The notes under the pieces: generated by a model | The model's database searches: none | Told to the model about the DNA's origin: nothing | What the model saw: only the letters and a program-made list of their open reading frames with translations | Position numbers and translations under genes: made by a program | In this document: positions 48,818 through 50,707 of the stretch, in pieces | Numbering within the stretch: position 1 is the stretch's first letter | Layout of the letters: every line of letters begins with the position of its first letter | NCBI GenBank assembly: GCA_020025875.1 | Contig: JAHHRI010000005.1 | Span: 1 to 50,707 of the forward strand | Direction: 5' to 3' | Length of the DNA: 50,707 nt | Source: Alphaproteobacteria bacterium | Lineage (GTDB): Bacteria > Pseudomonadota > Alphaproteobacteria > RF32 > CAG-239

Positions 48818-48835
48818 ATAAGATAAGCCGATTCG

Positions 48836-49675
48836 TCAGAACTTCATAAGCGTACCGGTCAAAGTGCCGTTTCCTTTTTGTCTTAAGACTTTCTGAACGG
48901 TCTCATCATCGAGTTTCGGCGTATAGTACCCATCATTTTCTGGTCTGCATTGCTCATACAATGTAGAAAGATGCAGGTCGAAGATACCGGCTCCGTAAGC
49001 ATTCCGCAAGTCTTCGACAGAAACGGCATCGGCAAAGAGTGCCGCCTGAAGCCAGCGGAGTTTCAACAGTCCTTCAGACCTCATACCGCCCAAGCTGCGA
49101 AAACCGGTGAAATAACGTGCACAGATATCCGGAAGTTCATACTCATTAATGGCCGTCAACAAACGTGATGGTTTTTTGAGACGCTTTCCATCTTCGGAAT
49201 ATCCGGAGAACGCTTCGCCGCCGACATTGTAGATGAAGTGTGCTATGGCAATAATCTGTCCATCACTCAATTCTGCTTTAACATAACGCAAAAAAGGTCG
49301 CACATGTTCTTTTAAATGTCGTACGGTAACGCCGTAAGCTTCTTTCGGCGTAATCGATTCGCCTTCTTTCACCAAACGTTTGCCGATCACGGTGTTGTTA
49401 AACCCGTATGCGAATCTCTCGCCGGTCGGGTGGGTCGTCTGGCTAAATCCGGAAGTATACACAATGGACGCCACGATGTTGTCGATACACTCATCAAAAC
49501 GTTCATTGTTGTACTGCACAGGATCAATCTCCGGTTCCTCAACGACAATCGCCGGAAATTCCGGAGTGAGGATTTCCTGAGGAGAATCGTTTTTTACTAC
49601 ATTGTAGATGATGACGCCGCACAAAACGGTCAATACTGCGATTGCAAAGGCAATCATTGCTTTTTTTGTTTCCAT
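48836..49675 (-). CDS. Membrane-anchored GH24 (phage-type) lysozyme-like protein.
   Basis: N-terminal TM AMIAFAIAVLTVLCGVIIYNVV. The C-terminal part aligns by eye to P22/T4-type lysozymes: ITPKEA..LK.....V...LSDGQ..AIAHFIYNVGGEAF...LLTAIN.....F......GG....GLLKLRWLQAALF. Confidence 0.6.
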   Translation of the reverse strand: METKKAMIAFAIAVLTVLCGVIIYNVVKNDSPQEILTPEFPAIVVEEPEIDPVQYNNERFDECIDNIVASIVYTSGFSQTTHPTGERFAYGFNNTVIGKRLVKEGESITPKEAYGVTVRHLKEHVRPFLRYVKAELSDGQIIAIAHFIYNVGGEAFSGYSEDGKRLKKPSRLLTAINEYELPDICARYFTGFRSLGGMRSEGLLKLRWLQAALFADAVSVEDLRNAYGAGIFDLHLSTLYEQCRPENDGYYTPKLDDETVQKVLRQKGNGTLTGTLMKF

Positions 49676-49841
49676 AAACTAAAAAGTTTTGAAGTTTGAA
49701 ATCCCATCTTGGTCGCATTGGGAATACGCGGCAGATAATAATAAATATCTACATAATTGAAAAACAATATAAAGATAACTCAAAAACAGATGATAAGCAA
49801 GCATTATTTAAAAGATTCTGATGGTAAGCCTGCGCTTAAAC

Positions 49842-49881
49842 AAAAAAGTATGCTTTCCGAATCGGGAAAACATACTTTTTG
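49842..49881 (-). terminator. Rho-independent terminator after infC.
   Basis: AAAAGTATG...CATACTTTT long hairpin, with T6 on the minus strand. Confidence 0.7.
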
Positions 49882-49909
49882 AACATCAAAATATAAAAGG
49901 CTGACGAAG

Positions 49910-50461
49910 TTATTGCGGCGCAACGACCATAGTCATCTGGCGCCCCTCAAGTTTTGGCTCCGATTCGACTTTACAAATACCGTCCAGATCGTCAACGATT
50001 CGTTTTAAAACCTCTTTGCCAAGGTCGTTTGCGCTCATCTCACGCCCCTTAAACCGCATTGTAAATTTTACTTTGTCCCCTTGTGTCAAAAACTTTCTGG
50101 CTTGCTTGATTTTGACTTCATAATCATGGGTATCAATCATCGGCCTTAGTTTCAACTCTTTGATATTAACCACTTTCTGGTTTTTTCGGGCTTCGTTTTT
50201 CTTTTTCTGCAGTTCATATTTATATTTGCCATAGTCAAAGATTTTGCAGACGGGAGGAACTGCCTGCGGAGATATTTCAATCAAATCCAAACTGGCGTCC
50301 GCCGCCATGGCAAGCGCTTCTCGGATTGTTACGACTCCTCTGTTTTCGCCGTTTTCATCAATCAGGCGAACTTCTTTGCTACGTATTTCTTGGTTTATGC
50401 GCGGTCCGTCACCTTCTCGTACTGGCGCATTGGTGTTTTCTCTAGATATTTTAGCCTCCAC
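49910..50461 (-). CDS. infC: Translation initiation factor IF-3. The true start is probably the in-frame ATA at 50449.
   Basis: GPRINQEIRSKEVRLIDENGENRGVV and the C-terminal domain VKFTMRFKGREM. GGAGG lies 5 nt upstream of the ATA codon, and there is no SD before GTG 50461. Confidence 0.93.
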   Translation of the reverse strand: MEAKISRENTNAPVREGDGPRINQEIRSKEVRLIDENGENRGVVTIREALAMAADASLDLIEISPQAVPPVCKIFDYGKYKYELQKKKNEARKNQKVVNIKELKLRPMIDTHDYEVKIKQARKFLTQGDKVKFTMRFKGREMSANDLGKEVLKRIVDDLDGICKVESEPKLEGRQMTMVVAPQ

Positions 50462-50483
50462 AAATAATTATATTACTCTCTAT

Positions 50484-50511
50484 ATAATACAAACCGAAAA
50501 TCGTTTGGCAA
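50484..50511 (-). promoter_or_regulatory. Candidate infC promoter TTGCCA-16-TATTAT.
   Basis: Read on the minus strand: TTGCCAaacgattttcggtttgTATTAT. Confidence 0.35.
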
Positions 50512-50672
50512 GTAAAATATATATTATAAGTAAGAAATCTCACCGATGGCAAACATCAGGTATCGAATTGGAGCAAGGGGTAGGGTTGGGGGATAAAGTT
50601 CATATAAACAGTAGTTTAGATATTTTCTGATATAGGAGTGTTAAAAAAAGCACAATTTTTTAAAAAAATGTA

Positions 50673-50701
50673 TTGACAATGTCTGATATGTGTCCTATAA
50701 A
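50673..50701 (+). promoter_or_regulatory. Near-consensus sigma70 promoter TTGACA-17-TATAAA reading out of the window.
   Basis: TTGACAatgtctgatatgtgtccTATAAA at the extreme 3' end, preceded by an A/T-rich UP-like tract. Confidence 0.5.
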
Positions 50702-50707
50702 CCACCT

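Overview
This 50.7-kb window looks like chromosomal DNA from an alphaproteobacterium. That assignment rests on a PopZ/DUF2497-type protein in a tolC-popZ-valS arrangement, a DUF2155-MlaD cluster, and a GTTC-N7-GTTC SOS box in front of lexA. All protein identities come from reading motifs in the supplied translations, because no searches were possible.

Most of the window is housekeeping genes: dnaE, valS, lysS, ligA, infC, lexA, one tRNA-Leu(CAA), glycogen genes (glgP, plus a glgB-glgX-malQ operon), a TolC-family channel, two tandem MlaD paralogs, and a GldA/F/G-like ABC system.

I found no CRISPR array, transposase, integrase or recognisable defence system. The less ordinary parts are:
- 0.65-3.45 kb: a DUF2778/Tlde1-like L,D-transpeptidase-fold toxin candidate. 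It is flanked by three paralogous 3-TM proteins and preceded by an unusual double-terminator structured leader.
- 21.8-24.2 kb: an orphan protein of about 801 aa with a 24-aa R/D/N/G repeat tail.
- A membrane-anchored Memo-AMMECR1 fusion coupled to an atypical M49-like peptidase.
- 47.6-49.7 kb: a pocket between ligA and infC holding an internally duplicated orphan protein, repeated hairpin elements and a membrane-anchored GH24-like protein.
- Four unrelated tandem-repeat arrays in long non-coding gaps.

The toxin/membrane-protein locus is my best candidate for an undescribed system, but the evidence for it is indirect.
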